DNA of 64,000 bases from Acidobacteriota bacterium (lineage in GTDB: Bacteria > Acidobacteriota > UBA890 > WLXD01). Under the pieces are notes generated by a model. That model was not told where the DNA came from. It did not search any database and saw only the letters and a list, made by a program, of their open reading frames with translations. Shown piece after piece: positions 10,401-19,253 of this stretch. The stretch lies in contig CAXWPH010000015.1 of the NCBI GenBank assembly GCA_963666055.2, positions 992,001 to 1,056,000 of the forward strand. The letters are read 5' to 3'. Made by a program: the position numbers and the translations under genes. The number at the start of each line of letters is the position of its first letter. The stretch's first letter is position 1.

Positions 10401-13165
10401 GGCGTGTTGCCGAGGAGCTCGTGGGGACCGCGTCGGTCACCTACGAGATGATCGGGTTGCTCGACAACAAGCACACTGACTCGGTGCGCATGGAGTCGGC
10501 AATCGGCAAGTATTACTGCACCGAGTCGGAGCACGACTGCATCGACTGGATGGAGCGGGCGCGCGGGCTCGAGGGCCAGACCTGGCTGCACCGCGTCGAG
10601 AAGACGCGGCGCGACGCTCGCGTGCTGAATATCTACGAAGGGACCAACGAGGTGCAGCGCTTTCTGCTGCTGAAAGACCTCGTCCAGCGCGTGCTGCCGC
10701 AGTGGCAACGCGGTGCCGGCGGTCTCGAGGGGCACGAGCTCGCCTATCCGGAGCTGGTTGCGGCGCTCGGTCAAGCCAGGCAGCGGTTGCTCCACCACGT
10801 CGAGGGCGCGGTGGAGAGCTTCGGTCAGCTGGTCTGGGCGAATGTCGGGTTGCAACCGTGCTTCTTCCGCTTGGCCGAGGTCGCCGGGCTGACCAAGGTG
10901 ATGGACGCAGTGCTCTACCGACTCGAGTGGAACGCACGGCACCAAGTCCCAGCCGAGCACCGGGCGCGTCTCGAGCGCGCCTCGCGGCTGGTCGTACAGC
11001 GCGCTGTTTCCCGCATCGAAGCGCTCGAGCGACGCTACGAGATCGCCCTGGCGTATCTCGTGGAGGGGCGGTACTCGCCGGAGACGCAGCTGGGATGTTT
11101 ATCTTTGGAGGAGACTGGAGCGCCGGCCGAGGGCTGGGGTCTCGTGCCCGACGATCTGATCGAGCAGCGGCAGCAGCCCGATCTCGCCCGCGACGTCGAG
11201 ATCGCCGTCTTGCTCAAATCGGTACCGGCGACGGCGCCGCGACCAAGGCTCGGCGATGGCGAGTTCGCCGAGCCGCTCCACCTTATCAATCCGGCGGATG
11301 AGGCTGCCCTGATGGCGGCGCTGACGCTCAAGAAACGCGATCCCGGACGCATCAAGGTCAGCGTCTACACGGTGGCGAGCGCCGCAGGAACCAGCGTCGT
11401 ACGTGCGGCACTCGCACTTGGCGCCGATCATGCCGTGCATCTCGATTCATCCGCCACCAACGGCGTTGGCTCGGCGCCACACGACGGGGACTACGTGACA
11501 CGTGTGATCGTTGCCGCGTTGAGTCGTCGACCCGCCGACCTGGTGGTCTGCGGCGCGCGCGCCGCCGATACCGGCCAAGGGGTGGTGCCCAGCTACCTGG
11601 CCGCGGCGCTGGGCAGCAAGGTCTATGGCGGCGTCGAGAGCCTGCGCTGGGGCGATGGCGCCGCCACGCGTCTGGAGATAGCCGCTGCCTCGTGGGAAGG
11701 CCACGAGCTTTCGGTTCGGCTCCCATGCGTTGTCGCAACCCTGCCGCGGCTCGGCGAAGCCGCCGACTACGATCTCGGCGCCTGGCTGAACGCTGCGACC
11801 GTCGAGATCGAGTGTCTCTCGGCCGCCGACCTGGTCGGGGATCTAGCCACGGTGTGTGTTCGTCATCGTGCGCGAGCGGTGGCAAGCAGCAACCGAGGCG
11901 ATTTACGCGTCGACTCGCCCGAGGATGCGGCCGGTGTGCTGCTCGATGTAGCCGGATTCGGAGCTGCGGCGACCGACCCGGCCAGAGCCTACGAAGATCG
12001 GATGTTGTCGATGGGTGAGCAGCCCGGCGACGACGCTGCCGGGAGCTGTCTGTTCGTTCTGGAGCCAGTCGGCGCCGAGCTCCCCGCAAGCGCCAACTCC
12101 GACCTCCGCCTCGCTGGCGATCTCGCCGACGGCGTTGGCATGGTGCTCGATGTGGTCGTACCCGTCGATACCGATCAAATTTCCGCGGGGATCGTGGCGG
12201 GCTCCGTGCTGGCCGCTGTGAGACCGCGTCGGCTGTACGTCGTAGCGCTGGTCGGAGTGGCTGGCTTCAGCGCCCATGGCCATCTCGAGTGGCTCGAGGA
12301 GTTCTGGGCGATGTATCGCGGTGAGCCCCGATGGCTGCTTGCGGCAACCTGGGCGAACGAGCTGTTCGCCCGCTTTGTGGTCGGCGGCGTTGCGAACACC
12401 GGAGCAGCCAGCGTTGCGGACACCGAGGCCGGTCGCTGCTGGAGCTGGCACAACGTCGAGTCAATCTCCAATAGCGACGGACACGCCCGCGTCGCTACGC
12501 GAATCTATGGGGGCGCAGCTCGTGCGGAGGCCGAGTTTCCGCTCGAGGGCGGCCTCCGCGTCCTCACCTTGGGGAGGACGGTGGAGCTCGATCTCGACGG
12601 TGGACGGAAGGTGGCTGAACGGGAGCACGAACCGCAGGTCTATCGGTGGTCGCCCGATTTGGAGTACGACCCCCGCGACGATCCGCTGGCCCGATTTCTA
12701 GCGAGCTTGGCGGGCGATAGGGACACTCTGCAGGACGCCGAGATCATCATCGACTTCGGCTACGGCGCCGGCGGTCGAGAGGGTATCGATGAGCTCGCCG
12801 AGCCGCTGCGGCAGCTGCTCGTCGATGAGATGGGCCTGCGCAACGTGATGATCGGGGCGACGCGAAAGGTGACACAGGACCTCGAGTTGCTTCCCGCCGA
12901 TCGCCAGATCGGGCAAACCGGTATATCGGTGAACCCGAAGCTGATCATTGCACTGGCGGTATCCGGTGCGCCGCAGCACGTTGATTACATCGGTGACCGA
13001 GCCGTAATCCTGTCGTTCAACGTTGACCCTGGCGCCCCGCTGATGAAGCTCAACGAGCAGCGTAAGGTACCCGTCGTGCATCCGATCGTCGGTGATGTCT
13101 GGGATACCGTGCCGCGGTTTGTCGAGGCGATTCGAGAGCACCTTCGCAAGGCGCGTCTGGCCTGA
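4457..13165 (+). CDS. Giant fusion: FixC/ETF-QO flavoprotein + 4Fe-4S module + degenerate ACAD + intact ACAD + ETF-beta + ETF-alpha (2902 aa)
   Basis: VIVVGAGPAG/FPGAENWSG (FixC-like); CPAKVYE...NCIKCESC (~6536-6628); RLQF...FGAVKQMLAEM and QIFGG...YYRD (ACAD1); FALTEPTAGSD, LNGAKMWITNG, KLGQRGSPT, IYEGTNEVQR (ACAD2); INPADEAAL, ALALGAD, GARAADTGQGVVP (ETF-beta); RQIGQTG...SGAPQH (ETF-alpha). One uninterrupted frame. Confidence 0.9.
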   Translation: MTTLPADRFDVIVVGAGPAGVTAAMALGRAGFSVLVCEAGIFPGAENWSGAVYFSENLEHPDAFGRDIVAAAPYERRLVERGAYLYNGHSLLGASLRSPDVFRSCYTVLRPVYDRYLAEVTREHGVILACETTVQSLIRHRGRVIGVHTERGPAYADVVFLAEGDASHLVTQEGYERASESDRAEGGPHFLQGVKEVISLPEDVLEERFGLEPGEGVAFEMLLRNASRKGRTARLNMGGFVYTNRDSLSLGFVLPLDNLRQHFEGDHNILMEWFKGLPEIARMIDGGELTSYGAKIIRGGGLKEIPRLVDDGLAIGGAASGIGLDFPYPNFTGPATAMGLYFAAAVRQIAADSGGLGRGGDSTRSPFTERALRQTYLEAVKSSHYYRGVQHLRDWPAYIERTQFFFEQQLDLVNNTAYIMSRPELGSWERYWSVVRLVRRVARGRKGSIMADCRDLAGAVGLGMLVRAAATPANLLRVLCNTVGAFLPRRSGTRVGLAETSDSAVAPAAGAGVAEARAHDGARLRALYRVMAGGEQPGRAPWLFRWYWRRFGGALASAFSDVYTNDDTDVADKLRSAARHLAGCLSIWDVAVVAGAGAVLIATSLKQAATEWFQHSVLRWEPRRFGEQLTNRLLADNHERIRLDDDHVAITTTYEAKLGTITYQAGRHSHIKVMWPAQIADRNNLSSSALWNICPAKVYEVRRNSAGQPGVVVNYENCIKCESCWRVTGDVHWSRATQQRLIYQTYTPAQQELHAYLVDRPEPQPRLGSRPGFLPALLDSVRDADASAPPGPSHAATRARLERARAALRCYRADLARSPSALEEGRRGHLRALLVAARDAFIDARRTWEAATSDAGSSAATRLLTPVWDDAAERLEQMQQHAEAHRFFWADVLARQLEDHHFTAILAVCGAAAARVDTDVGVSDDLCIKQQLEAVEWRRREAEPRNFEASRREVREGCKRWFDNHAVRALERGEPLSAGQADWLRDQIAAARPRRDGYGLREVVLEELAATDPALALIAASHLLAVDLLTQAGTQHAELQEARVVAATIHGGQRAARCLQGGGFEIDVCADFVPTALAQRYLVVVGSDGFLIDADDPRLVIEDVGSVGLIGARIRRPRGGHITVPAARRIDLSGVVDEVVLEAPAAGEPWAAVLGVALPGYLAMVRGSGRYLLQRAREHAAGRLQFPGAFEDEAGRDTIAKFGAVKQMLAEMEVHRYVLESITLTNPGGGDEWTGQAASKVLASQAFGPGDRSFSYNTGQIFGGTAFSEDDDIAKYYRDSAPCRFLLGHDDALRVQVGRRRLTAARSGGDLIPCSDAEHRWAARAAEHALLGEPARRYQAARLQTEEWASGLGRADDDLTAYAAGNIVIEVLAARSLLVRSMRRIYAGIPTEAMVEATRLVVDRLGAELPALIEAADLAPTTLIAGDELLENGDFAAVSIPDAESYESVYTADQPHESGEWLRDGFDPASPRCVPEILAHDPALARYRKQLETELRQRFEVPRFDGLPYGRYLEKLHMIPDEDLDYMVRRGFMRMPIARHLGGEGALKAEYYILSMLIGRYGDAALSLAIMGNTSIGTTPALIGLYQDLPRARAELERVRQHPEVLGDIRDRIDGVLAMLRRPNTEALAAATTEIGSLVNKRVAKSMVLKSLGGGFLRAFQAAVRAGQQRDLESFGTHLREARELLDDVLGAVEERLAEYPRRQRAHELFLKTISAGYISAFALTEPTAGSDSGGVKTMARAARRRLHRDDDGVLWFWLDEENELERRNLLDADRLEHDYDERRLLYRFADDAAPAHVDHSEYDYDKDAPERTRFYMHGARKVQFSDIGQLRTDAAGNSFYEYWVLNGAKMWITNGRFCHCMALYARTEPEGVTGFMVDRHAEGLVVGADEEKLGQRGSPTNELSLNNVRVPHEAIIGFRGRGQVNALETLNTGRAGLAVTTHSTIAELADDAIPYLRGEVAPGFEYSPRAPARPLERYWMGRVAEELVGTASVTYEMIGLLDNKHTDSVRMESAIGKYYCTESEHDCIDWMERARGLEGQTWLHRVEKTRRDARVLNIYEGTNEVQRFLLLKDLVQRVLPQWQRGAGGLEGHELAYPELVAALGQARQRLLHHVEGAVESFGQLVWANVGLQPCFFRLAEVAGLTKVMDAVLYRLEWNARHQVPAEHRARLERASRLVVQRAVSRIEALERRYEIALAYLVEGRYSPETQLGCLSLEETGAPAEGWGLVPDDLIEQRQQPDLARDVEIAVLLKSVPATAPRPRLGDGEFAEPLHLINPADEAALMAALTLKKRDPGRIKVSVYTVASAAGTSVVRAALALGADHAVHLDSSATNGVGSAPHDGDYVTRVIVAALSRRPADLVVCGARAADTGQGVVPSYLAAALGSKVYGGVESLRWGDGAATRLEIAAASWEGHELSVRLPCVVATLPRLGEAADYDLGAWLNAATVEIECLSAADLVGDLATVCVRHRARAVASSNRGDLRVDSPEDAAGVLLDVAGFGAAATDPARAYEDRMLSMGEQPGDDAAGSCLFVLEPVGAELPASANSDLRLAGDLADGVGMVLDVVVPVDTDQISAGIVAGSVLAAVRPRRLYVVALVGVAGFSAHGHLEWLEEFWAMYRGEPRWLLAATWANELFARFVVGGVANTGAASVADTEAGRCWSWHNVESISNSDGHARVATRIYGGAARAEAEFPLEGGLRVLTLGRTVELDLDGGRKVAEREHEPQVYRWSPDLEYDPRDDPLARFLASLAGDRDTLQDAEIIIDFGYGAGGREGIDELAEPLRQLLVDEMGLRNVMIGATRKVTQDLELLPADRQIGQTGISVNPKLIIALAVSGAPQHVDYIGDRAVILSFNVDPGAPLMKLNEQRKVPVVHPIVGDVWDTVPRFVEAIREHLRKARLA

Positions 13166-13211
13166 TTCACGGGGCCAGATCGCTGCGCGCCCCGCCGTCC
13201 AGATCGACCAT

Positions 13212-15404
13212 CTATTGCCAGCCGATGGCGATGTAGAAGCGGTTCCGGTTGCCTTCGGCCCAACCGTAATCGAGCTGCAGCGGCCCGATGGGGGTGGCCA
13301 CGGTCAGACCCAGCCCGCCGCCGACGATGGTCGTTTCGACGCTGATATCCGTGCGGCGCTGCCAAACACCGCCCGCCCCGAGACGCCCGTAGAGTCGAGC
13401 CACTGAAGCGAAGTCGATCCCCAGCTCCCCGGAAGCCGCCAGCGCCTGGTTGCCCCATAGCTCGTCGCGCGCCAGCCCGGGGACGAGCTCCGGGCCGCCG
13501 ACGCGGAACTGGTCGTAAATCGGTAGCGTTGATGAGGAGTATCCGTACAGCAACCGCCCTGTGAGGTTGACCCCGCCCAGCTGTACCGCACTGATGCCAT
13601 CGATGCGTACCCGCCAGTAGGGCGACGAGCCACCCAGACCCTCGAGATTGCGCTCCGCCTGTACCGAGTAGCGGTGCCCGCGAACCGGCGCGGCGAGCGA
13701 GCTGAGGCTGTCCCACACGTAGTTGGCGGTCAGCACGCGGTGCGGTCGTGTTTCAGCAACGTATGGAATGCCGAGGCGCTCGATAGTCTCAACCTCACCG
13801 GCGCGGACACCCAGCTGCAGCAGATGGTTAAAACCGAACGGCAGGTTGGCGCGCAGTGCCACGTGCCGGCGGCGAAACTCAGCCCTGGAGACGAACTCTC
13901 CCGCCTCGAAGACTTTCGGCTTCTCCTGGTGCAGCTCGACGTCGACCAGGTATCCGACGTGCGCGCCCAGGAACTGCTCGCCGTGCAACCGCACATCGAG
14001 CCTCAGATCCTTGGCGCTGGCCGCGCCGCCGACCTGCAGTCGATCACCGGGGCCGAATAGACTGCGGGTCTCGAAACGCACCATCGCCTGCGCCTGATCA
14101 TCGCTCTGGTATGCGAGGCCGAGGTCGACCGTGTGGCGGTATTCCTCCTGCACGAACAGGAGCAGCCGGATGCCGTTGGGGCCATCGGGCGCGAGGTCGA
14201 GCCAGGCACTCTGCAGGAGTCCCGAGGCGTACAGATGATCGAGGTCGGCGAGCGTCTGTTGCCAATCGAAGACCTCCCCGACATGCGCCCGAAATTCACG
14301 CCGGATGGCGCGGTCGGACAGGTACACGTTGCCGGTCACTTCCACGCCTCGCACAACGCGCTGGCCGAAGGCATGGTGATCGGTCGGGCTCCGTGTCACT
14401 AACGGGCGCCGCTTGAAGCGCTCCGGGATGCTGTCGAGTGCCGCCTCGGCGGCCTTGCGCCCAGCAGCGATCAGCTCGTCGATACGCGAGTAGTCAGCGA
14501 AGCTATGGCCCTCCAGGTCGGGCACGATGGTGACGTCGGCGGCTTCGCCGTAGCGGCTGTTGGTCGCCGCGGAGAGCAGATCGATGATGCGCTCGGTTAC
14601 CCCGAACAGGTCGGGGTTCACTGATTCGTCGATCGGAGTTGAGGCATCTACCGCCAGCGTGAACTCGGCCCCCATCTCCTTTGCCAGACTCACCGGGACG
14701 TTGTCGGCGAGCCCACCATCGACCAGCAGCGCCCCCTCCCAGGGCACCGGAGCATAGGCCAGCGGTACCGACATGCTGGCGCGAACGGCGCGCGCCAGGT
14801 CGCCTGCCAAGAGTTCCACGCGATCGCCGGAGAGCAGGTCTGTGCCGAGTGTGCGGAACGGAATCGAAAGCGCATCGAACTGCCGCCCGGCGTCGAAGTT
14901 GGCCGGCGCCAGGTGCTCGATCAGCAGACGATTCGCCATGTTGTCGCTCAGCAGGCTGCGCGGCGCGCGCAACCCATCTACGGTGATGCCGAGGCGGGCG
15001 CCAGCGCGTTGTCGCTCTAGTCGATGGAGAAGCGGCCGCAGCCGGCGGTTGTGAGAGTCGATGTACATGGTGCTCCAGCTCAGTCCCGACAGCAGGGCCT
15101 TGATCGCGGCATGCGAGTGGCCGGTGGCGTAGAGCGAGCCAATCACTGCTCCCATGCTGGCCCCGACGATGCAATCGGGCCGCACGCCATGTTCCTCGAG
15201 CACTTGCAGAACGCCCAGATGGGCAATGCTGCGCGCTCCACCGCCACTCAGCACCAGTCCGAGCCCGCAGGCAGAGGCATTCTCCGGCGTTCCCTCGGCA
15301 GGATTCTGCGCTCGCAGCTCGCCGGCAGCCAGAGTTCCGGGCAGCAAGACGCCCAGGAACCGGGCTGTCAAGAGCACCGAGCACCAAGCCGTGCGGTGCC
15401 TCAC
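13212..15404 (-). CDS. Patatin-like phospholipase with POTRA and BamA/TamA-type barrel (PlpD / type Vd-like)
   Basis: LSGGGAR, GASMG and DGG patatin motifs; POTRA-like VEVTGNVYLSD; barrel end FYIAIGWQ. Start placed at GTG 15404 in front of a signal peptide rather than the track's 15752. Confidence 0.88.
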   Translation of the reverse strand: MRHRTAWCSVLLTARFLGVLLPGTLAAGELRAQNPAEGTPENASACGLGLVLSGGGARSIAHLGVLQVLEEHGVRPDCIVGASMGAVIGSLYATGHSHAAIKALLSGLSWSTMYIDSHNRRLRPLLHRLERQRAGARLGITVDGLRAPRSLLSDNMANRLLIEHLAPANFDAGRQFDALSIPFRTLGTDLLSGDRVELLAGDLARAVRASMSVPLAYAPVPWEGALLVDGGLADNVPVSLAKEMGAEFTLAVDASTPIDESVNPDLFGVTERIIDLLSAATNSRYGEAADVTIVPDLEGHSFADYSRIDELIAAGRKAAEAALDSIPERFKRRPLVTRSPTDHHAFGQRVVRGVEVTGNVYLSDRAIRREFRAHVGEVFDWQQTLADLDHLYASGLLQSAWLDLAPDGPNGIRLLLFVQEEYRHTVDLGLAYQSDDQAQAMVRFETRSLFGPGDRLQVGGAASAKDLRLDVRLHGEQFLGAHVGYLVDVELHQEKPKVFEAGEFVSRAEFRRRHVALRANLPFGFNHLLQLGVRAGEVETIERLGIPYVAETRPHRVLTANYVWDSLSSLAAPVRGHRYSVQAERNLEGLGGSSPYWRVRIDGISAVQLGGVNLTGRLLYGYSSSTLPIYDQFRVGGPELVPGLARDELWGNQALAASGELGIDFASVARLYGRLGAGGVWQRRTDISVETTIVGGGLGLTVATPIGPLQLDYGWAEGNRNRFYIAIGWQ

Positions 15405-15453
15405 GTAGAGCCCGCTGCTGTTGACGCGAGCGACCCGTGACGGGCGTATCGCG

Positions 15454-15678
15454 TCAACGCTGGTAGGCAATGATGAGGAGCTTGCCGCTCGACCCGACCT
15501 GAAATTCCACGCCGTTGTCGGTGAGCTCCGCGATGGTGCGCTCGTAGTCGGCGCGGTCGCCGTAGGACAGCACGAGGCTGTCGCATCTGTCGCAGCAGGC
15601 GACCCGGCGGCGCTTCGCGAGGCTACGCGAAGCTTCTTGCTGACAACAATCGGCGAGAGCTTCCATGGTAAGTCGCAT
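15454..15678 (-). CDS. Small Cys-containing hypothetical protein (74 aa)
   Basis: Protein-like composition with DCC and CCDRC; fills the gap upstream of the patatin gene in the same orientation. Confidence 0.55.
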   Translation of the reverse strand: MRLTMEALADCCQQEASRSLAKRRRVACCDRCDSLVLSYGDRADYERTIAELTDNGVEFQVGSSGKLLIIAYQR

Positions 15679-15737
15679 TCCATGACGCTGCCGGCAGTCG
15701 TGGCCGGCGGCTCGGTTCCGTTGATAGTATCGGAGCC

Positions 15738-16820
15738 ATGCGTACCGGCCATGTTGTCCCAGGGTCCTTGCTGTTGCCCGCCATCGCAGGCGCCCTAGCG
15801 CTCGGTTTCGTCGCCGCCAGTGCCGGCCTGGCGCGCCCCCAGGCTCTGCGGACAGACTCGGCGTTCGGCTTCAGGGTCGGTGAGGAGCGTCGCTATGTTC
15901 TCGGTCCTCCCGACGCCCTGGCAAGCGGCGAGGTGGCCGAGTGGTGGATCGTGTTCGACGGGCTCGTGGAGCAGGGCGACACCAGGCTCGCCGACTTCAG
16001 CTTCGGACACGAACGCCTCGAGCGGATCCCGGGGGCCTTGCGGGCGTCGGAGCAGCTCATGAGCGTGCAGGTGGAAGGTCACCTTCAGGTCACGCTGGAC
16101 GGATTTCCGGTGCGCGTGGAGTTCGAACAGCGCTTCGCCCAACGCGGCGAGAACCTTGCCGTCGACAGTCGACGCCACGTCGTCTTCACCTACAACAAAG
16201 AGGACAAGCGATTCCGCAAGGACCTTAGAATTGGCACCCGCGACTGGGATTTCAAGGTCAGCATTCCCGGCTACCGGAACATGGATCTCGACAAGCCGCG
16301 GGGCCTGTACGCCTGGATGCCATCGGCGCTGGCGTGTCTGGGGAGTGGGCGCAGGATATGCGTCGAGACAGACCCGGCGTTCGCCAACCCGGGGTTGCTG
16401 AGCATCGCCCTGCCGGCGCTGTTCGAGCACATCGATCCCGCCGGCGACGCCAAGAAGGTCGAGCGCGAGTTCATGTTCTTCATGCCTGCCGGGATCCCTG
16501 AGTCGCCATTCCGACCCGTGGGCGTAGGGAATTGGATGGCGCGAGAGCGCGACAACTTCGCCAATCGCGACCGCTACTTCGACACCTGGAAGCTCAAGCT
16601 CGGGCCCAGCACTGACGTGGAGGTCGGGCCGCGGACGATGCACGCGTGGGAGCTCGATGTCGGCTATGGAATCGACCAGGCGTACGTAGAGCCGGGCGGA
16701 CGCGTGGTGCGCGTCGATCTGGAAGCCACGATGGATAATGACAAGCGCTGGATCCGGCTGTTGTTCGCCTCGGAGGAGTTCACCTCGCCCGATGACCCGG
16801 CGCAGCGTTGCTGCCGCTGA
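15738..16820 (+). CDS. Secreted hypothetical protein
   Basis: GGAG RBS, signal peptide, 360 aa beta-rich sequence; no family recognised. Confidence 0.75.
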   Translation: MRTGHVVPGSLLLPAIAGALALGFVAASAGLARPQALRTDSAFGFRVGEERRYVLGPPDALASGEVAEWWIVFDGLVEQGDTRLADFSFGHERLERIPGALRASEQLMSVQVEGHLQVTLDGFPVRVEFEQRFAQRGENLAVDSRRHVVFTYNKEDKRFRKDLRIGTRDWDFKVSIPGYRNMDLDKPRGLYAWMPSALACLGSGRRICVETDPAFANPGLLSIALPALFEHIDPAGDAKKVEREFMFFMPAGIPESPFRPVGVGNWMARERDNFANRDRYFDTWKLKLGPSTDVEVGPRTMHAWELDVGYGIDQAYVEPGGRVVRVDLEATMDNDKRWIRLLFASEEFTSPDDPAQRCCR

Positions 16821-16904
16821 GTCCACCAGTGGGCTGCGCGGTGGTTCCAGAGTAGAATCCGACTCCACTGGATGTTTCCGTACTTTCGTCCTGAGGTGCG
16901 AGCG

Positions 16905-18218
16905 ATGGTCAACCGGCGTCAATTCCTCGGAGCGCTCTCCTGGCCGGCCGCTGCCGCATACGGTGGTGGTGCCTTTCTCAGCCCGGCTCGCCGAGCGCAT
17001 GCCATCGCCGCGTCGGAGGGGCTCGCGGCTCATCCAGGCGCCGCCGCCGAGCTCGCCGACGACGAGTACTTCTGGTACGACGTGCGCCAGTCGTTCAGCG
17101 CCGAGGCTGGCATCATCAACCTGAACTCGGGCGGCGTGAGCCCTTCGCCGTTGCCGGTACAGGAGGCGATGAAGCGCTACCTCGATTACTCCAACACTTC
17201 GCCCACCTATGCGATGTGGAAGATCCTCGAGCCGCAGCGCGAACAGGTTCGCGAGCGCTTGGCGATGGAGTGGGACACCGACGCCGAGGAGCTGGCGCTG
17301 GTGCGCAACGCCTCCGAGGGATTACAGATCTGCCAGTTGGGCATCGACCTGGAGCCTGGCGACGAGATCCTGACCACCAATCAGGACTACGGACGCATGA
17401 TCACCACCTACAAGCAGCGTGAGCGCCGCGAGGGCGTGGTGCTCAGGCAGATCTCGCTGCCGGTTCCGGCCGAGGACGACGATGAGATCGTCCGCCTGTT
17501 CGAAAGCAACATCACGTCGCGCACGCGCATCATCCACATGTGCCACATGATCAACCTCACTGGCCAGATCCTGCCGGTGGCCAAGGTCGCCAACATGGGC
17601 CGCCGACACGGCATCCCGGTGATCGTCGACGGTGCCCACTCACTGGCGCACTTCGACTTCACCATCGCCGATCTCGAGTGCGACTACTTCGCCACCAGCC
17701 TGCACAAGTGGCTGTTCGCCCCCCACGGCACCGGGCTGTTGTACGTGCGCCGCGACAAGATCAAAGACTTGTGGCCGCTGATGGCGGCGAACGAGAGGCA
17801 GGACGAGAACATACGCAAGTTCGAGGAGATCGGTACGCATCCGGCGGCCAACTACCTCGCCATCGGCGACGCCCTCACCTTCCATCAGGGCATCGGCTCC
17901 AAGCGCAAGGAAGCGCGGCTCGTTTATCTGCGCGACTACTGGGCCAACCGTCTGCAGGCGTTGTCCGACCGCGTCTACCTGAATACGAGCCAGGCGCCCG
18001 GCAAGGCTGCCGGGATCGCCAACGTGGGCGTCGAGGGCATCGACACGTCGGCGCTCAATGATTGGCTGTGGGCCGAGCACCGCATCATCACCGTGGCGAT
18101 CAACCACGCGGAGTTCACCGGCCTGCGCATCTCCCCGAGCGTGTTCACGACGCTCGAAGAGCTCGATCGGTTCTGTGATGCAATCGAGCACGCGGTGAAG
18201 AAGGGAATAAAAGTCTGA
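16905..18218 (+). CDS. Tat-exported class V PLP aminotransferase (isopenicillin N epimerase-like)
   Basis: NRRQFL twin-arginine signal; NLNSGGVSPSP, RNASEG, VDGAH, TSLHKWLFAPHGTG. Confidence 0.9.
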   Translation: MVNRRQFLGALSWPAAAAYGGGAFLSPARRAHAIAASEGLAAHPGAAAELADDEYFWYDVRQSFSAEAGIINLNSGGVSPSPLPVQEAMKRYLDYSNTSPTYAMWKILEPQREQVRERLAMEWDTDAEELALVRNASEGLQICQLGIDLEPGDEILTTNQDYGRMITTYKQRERREGVVLRQISLPVPAEDDDEIVRLFESNITSRTRIIHMCHMINLTGQILPVAKVANMGRRHGIPVIVDGAHSLAHFDFTIADLECDYFATSLHKWLFAPHGTGLLYVRRDKIKDLWPLMAANERQDENIRKFEEIGTHPAANYLAIGDALTFHQGIGSKRKEARLVYLRDYWANRLQALSDRVYLNTSQAPGKAAGIANVGVEGIDTSALNDWLWAEHRIITVAINHAEFTGLRISPSVFTTLEELDRFCDAIEHAVKKGIKV

Positions 18219-18284
18219 GCAGGTCTCGGCCTTCACCTCGGGCCAACGCCCGTAGGTCCCTGTTCCAGGCCACTAGATGGAGCC

Positions 18285-18887
18285 CTATCCCCGCGGCGCT
18301 GGTGCCGCGAACGGTAGCGTCGTGCGGCGCTCGCCGGATCTCGAGTTCGTCGACCTGAAGAGCTCGAAGAAGCAGAAATAGATGCCGTCGACGTCCTTGT
18401 TTTTCTTCACGCTCTTGTGGCGCAACACGACGCGGACCACATCGCGCATCTTGCTGAGCGCAATAGGTTCGCACACGCGATCAGTATCGCCCCGCACCGC
18501 CTTGAGCTTGAACGAGTTGATGAGCTTGACTTCCTTGCCGTTTGCCTTGATTCCGACGAGCTGCCCATTGATGGTCACGCCCGTCCACGCGACCTGCAGG
18601 GCCGAACTGTCGGCAAGAGTACCGGCGACGTAGCGGAGGCAGAACGTCGCGTTCTTGTTGTCGTTCAGATCCGTTCTCGCCTGCCAGTCGCCATGCTCCA
18701 CCTGGACGTCGATGTCGTCGAACTCGATGGCGCCATCGCTTCCCTTGGCGCCGTCGCCTGCCTCGTGCACGATCGTGATCTGTTTGTTGACTGCGACCAA
18801 TGCGTCATCGGCGGCTCCCGGTGTCACGCCGAGCAACAGCACGAAGGCTACGGTTGCGGCGCTTCGGAACGAGATCCTTCTAGTCAT
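18285..18887 (-). CDS. Secreted hypothetical protein
   Basis: AGGAG RBS, signal peptide ending near PGAA, 200 aa. Confidence 0.7.
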   Translation of the reverse strand: MTRRISFRSAATVAFVLLLGVTPGAADDALVAVNKQITIVHEAGDGAKGSDGAIEFDDIDVQVEHGDWQARTDLNDNKNATFCLRYVAGTLADSSALQVAWTGVTINGQLVGIKANGKEVKLINSFKLKAVRGDTDRVCEPIALSKMRDVVRVVLRHKSVKKNKDVDGIYFCFFELFRSTNSRSGERRTTLPFAAPAPRG

Positions 18888-19253
18888 CGGAGTCTCCTGT
18901 AGCGGGGAGTTGGCGAGCCATAGGTATAAGAAGCAAATCGTTTGCCGAGAAAAGAGCTGGACCGCGTCATTTTTCGAGCAAACCTGGCAAGGGGTTCCTC
19001 ATTCAGGTCGGCCTGCGCATCTGGACTGCCCGTGATGTTGGTGTGACGAAAAATGATCCGAACGACGCCGCGCATCTTCCTGAGCGGTTTCTTGATGCAC
19101 TCCCACGAAGATTCGATGCGTGGGTCTCATGCTTCCTCACTTTCAGTGGGGGCTGCGACGGCACCTGTATACTCGGCGGGATGGGCGGTTTCAACGGAGA
19201 CAGGCTCGGCGATCCGAGCGGCTAGCCGCCGATGATGTGCCGGGACAGAGAGC

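Noticed and set aside
15405-15752. N-terminal 116 aa of the 846-aa patatin ORF
   Set aside because: Low-complexity read-through; a signal peptide starts at GTG 15404 and a better small ORF occupies this space.
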